Positions 62,363-64,000 of a stretch of DNA of 64,000 nt are shown here, piece by piece. Within the stretch, counting starts at the first letter, position 1, and each line of letters opens with the position of its first letter. The notes beneath the pieces were generated by a model. The model was given only the letters and a program-made list of their open reading frames with translations. It was not told the origin of the DNA and did not search any database. This stretch comes from Dehalococcoidia bacterium (GTDB lineage Bacteria; Chloroflexota; Dehalococcoidia; Lucifugimonadales; DAOUAM01), in the NCBI GenBank assembly GCA_034433305.1, contig DAOUAM010000089.1, positions 3,466-67,465 of the forward strand. The letters are read 5' to 3'. The position numbers and the translations under genes were made by a program.

Positions 62363-63019
62363 CTACGCCGGAAGGGCGGCCGTCTGCTCAAGGCGCAGGG
62401 CGCGAAAGCGGCCGGCCCTGAGCTCTCGCACCAGGTCCTCCTCGGTGGCGATATTGCCCTGGAACTCGGTGAGACAGGTGGCGATGGCGCTGGGCAGGTG
62501 GGCGTCGCTGCCGCCGGTGCCGAGGAAGCCGTACTTCTGGGCCAGCTCCTCGGCCCGCTTCTGCTCCGCCGGCCGGTTGCCTCCGTTCAGAAGCTCCACT
62601 ATCCTGATGGCCCCCAGGTCGGCCCGGCCCTCCAGGTACTCGCACAGGCCGATGCCGAAGCGCCCCGGGTGGGCCGGTATGGCGATGGCCCCGTGCTCCT
62701 CGGCGACGCTCATCAGCCTCACCGCGTCCATGCCCACGTGGCCCAGGTCAATGTGCCTGGTCATCTCCGGCGTGATGCCGTACACCAGGAAGTGGCCGCA
62801 GTCGGTGTCCACCTCGGAGCCTTTGAGGATGACCAGCCCGTGTTCCCGGGCAATGGCCGAGTAGTCCCTGTCCAGGTCGGACTTACGGTGCTCTGTGAGC
62901 ACGAAGCCGTCAACCCGGTAGCCCTTGCGCCGCAGCACGCCGGTCCACCTGGCGTACTGCTCCACCGTGGCCCGGGAGTCGTCGGAAGATACCGAGTGGG
63001 CGTGCAGGTCCAGCAGCAT
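62363..63019 (-). CDS. PHP-domain metal-dependent phosphoesterase
   Basis: MLLDLHAHSVSSDDS...AHPGR...GGSDAH. Confidence 0.85.
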   Translation of the reverse strand: MLLDLHAHSVSSDDSRATVEQYARWTGVLRRKGYRVDGFVLTEHRKSDLDRDYSAIAREHGLVILKGSEVDTDCGHFLVYGITPEMTRHIDLGHVGMDAVRLMSVAEEHGAIAIPAHPGRFGIGLCEYLEGRADLGAIRIVELLNGGNRPAEQKRAEELAQKYGFLGTGGSDAHLPSAIATCLTEFQGNIATEEDLVRELRAGRFRALRLEQTAALPA

Positions 63020-63120
63020 CAGCCTGAATGGTAGGGCAGGCCTGGAGTGGCGTCAAGGCTTGCCGCCGCCACTGGCGCGTGCTAGCCTATGGCCGGCAAT
63101 CAAGATGGAGGGCTTGCAGC

Positions 63121-63897
63121 ATGGACCTGGGCATCAAGGGCAAGGTGGCGCTGGTAACGGGAGGCAGCCGGGGCCTGGGGCGACAGGCGGCGTTGTCCCT
63201 GGCCGCCGAAGGGGCCAACGTGGCTATCTGCGGGCGCACCCGCGAGACCCTGGACGGCGCGGTGAAGGAGATCGAGGGCCGCGGCGTCAAGGCCATAAGC
63301 GTTGTGGCCGACGTGTCCGACGTGGCCGGCCTGGAGGCGTTGCACCAGCAGGTGGTCAGCGGCCTCGGCCCGGTGGACATCCTGGTGAACAACGTGGGCG
63401 GCAGCCGCGCCAGGGCCGACATCCTGGGCACCTCCCTGGAGGACTTCAAGGGCACCTTCGACCTGAACCTCTTCGGCAGCTTCCAGCTTATGAAGCTGGT
63501 CATTCCCCACATGCGCCAGCAGAAGTGGGGGCGCATCATCAATATCGCTTCCATCTGGGGCAGGGAGCACGGCGGCAACATAAGCTACATGGCGGCCAAG
63601 GCGGCGCTCATCGCCGCCACCAAGCACGCGGCCCTGTCGCTGGCCGGCGACGGCATACTGGTCAACAGCATCGCGCCTGGCTCCATCGCCCACCCGGGCG
63701 GGTCATGGGAGCGGTTCCAGCAGCAGAACCCGCCGGAGGTGGTACAGGACTTCATCAAGCACAACCTGCCCATGGGGCGCTTCGGCTGGCCCGAGCCTGT
63801 GGGCGACCTGGTGGCCTTCCTGGCCTCGCAGCGCGCCAGCCTCATCACGGGCGCCTGCATCAACATTGACGGCGGCCAGAGCAAGTCGCTGATCTAG
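63121..63897 (+). CDS. SDR family oxidoreductase (FabG-like)
   Basis: ATG at 63121. KGKVALVTGGSRGLGRQAAL, NNVG, YMAAKAAL (YxxxK). Confidence 0.85.
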   Translation: MDLGIKGKVALVTGGSRGLGRQAALSLAAEGANVAICGRTRETLDGAVKEIEGRGVKAISVVADVSDVAGLEALHQQVVSGLGPVDILVNNVGGSRARADILGTSLEDFKGTFDLNLFGSFQLMKLVIPHMRQQKWGRIINIASIWGREHGGNISYMAAKAALIAATKHAALSLAGDGILVNSIAPGSIAHPGGSWERFQQQNPPEVVQDFIKHNLPMGRFGWPEPVGDLVAFLASQRASLITGACINIDGGQSKSLI

Positions 63898-63925
63898 TGC
63901 TGTGTTGACGCTGTACTGGGGTGCC

Positions 63926-64000
63926 ATGCGGGACAGAGTTGAAATCGTTGAAGGCGACATCACCAGACAGGGGGTGGACGCCATAGTCAACGCCGCCAAC
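63926..64000 (+). CDS. macro-domain protein (O-acetyl-ADP-ribose deacetylase-like), 5' fragment truncated by the window end
   Basis: MRDRVEIVEGDITRQGVDAIVNAAN is the canonical macro-domain N-terminus. Confidence 0.7.
   Translation, partial: MRDRVEIVEGDITRQGVDAIVNAAN

Noticed and set aside
1-64000. Looked for CRISPR arrays, rRNA, tRNA, transposase/integrase/recombinase genes, prophage blocks and known defence systems (RM, CBASS, retron RT, Abi)
   Set aside because: I recognised none by eye. The only mobile-like signals are the MITE-like element and the dispersed repeats. A computational scan (tRNAscan-SE, Infernal, PADLOC) is still advisable.

Overview
This is a high-G+C bacterial chromosomal segment (judged by eye, not computed). 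Gene content points to Chloroflexota: an adjacent Chlor_Arch_YYY/DUF2298 and TIGR03663 membrane-protein pair, and a class V fructose-1,6-bisphosphate aldolase/phosphatase. I support about 55 protein genes. Most are housekeeping or metabolic: rpsF-ssb-rpsR, hom, ftsY, rdgB, moaA, moaC, rnhA, pth, glgA, fbp, larB, thpR and mug. The rest are envelope or secreted functions: a thioester alpha-2-macroglobulin lipoprotein, a sortase, an S8 protease and an HEFQH metalloprotease. I saw no rRNA, tRNA, CRISPR array, transposase or integrase. Many long ORFs in the track are antisense or alternate-frame shadows of real genes, which is expected at this G+C. The items most worth a second look are listed here. 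(1) An ArsC/Spx-family gene (1160..1519, minus strand) has an in-frame TGA exactly at the first Cys of the CxxC motif, followed by a perfect SECIS-like hairpin; it is a candidate UxxC selenoprotein that the ORF track splits in two. (2) A same-strand cluster (30002..37235) holds a Chlor_Arch_YYY protein, a TIGR03663 GT39-like protein, an MprF-like TM protein and an FAD oxidoreductase; the first two families have no known function. (3) A visibly low-G+C two-gene islet (29072..29941) has its own near-consensus promoter. (4) A 222-bp MITE-like element with 16-bp perfect terminal inverted repeats is nested in one copy of a dispersed intergenic repeat, and an uninterrupted copy lies elsewhere in the window. 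(5) A NuoE/NuoF/FdhA-like operon has a formate-dehydrogenase-like subunit that lacks the catalytic Sec/Cys-His pair. (6) An orphan ParA plus an overlapping ribbon-helix-helix gene sit on the chromosome. (7) A 674-aa unknown protein lies in the rnhA-moaC-pth operon, and its best start codon is followed by an in-frame TAG. (8) A two-domain secreted protein has a 239-bp core kept almost identical between its two otherwise diverged halves.
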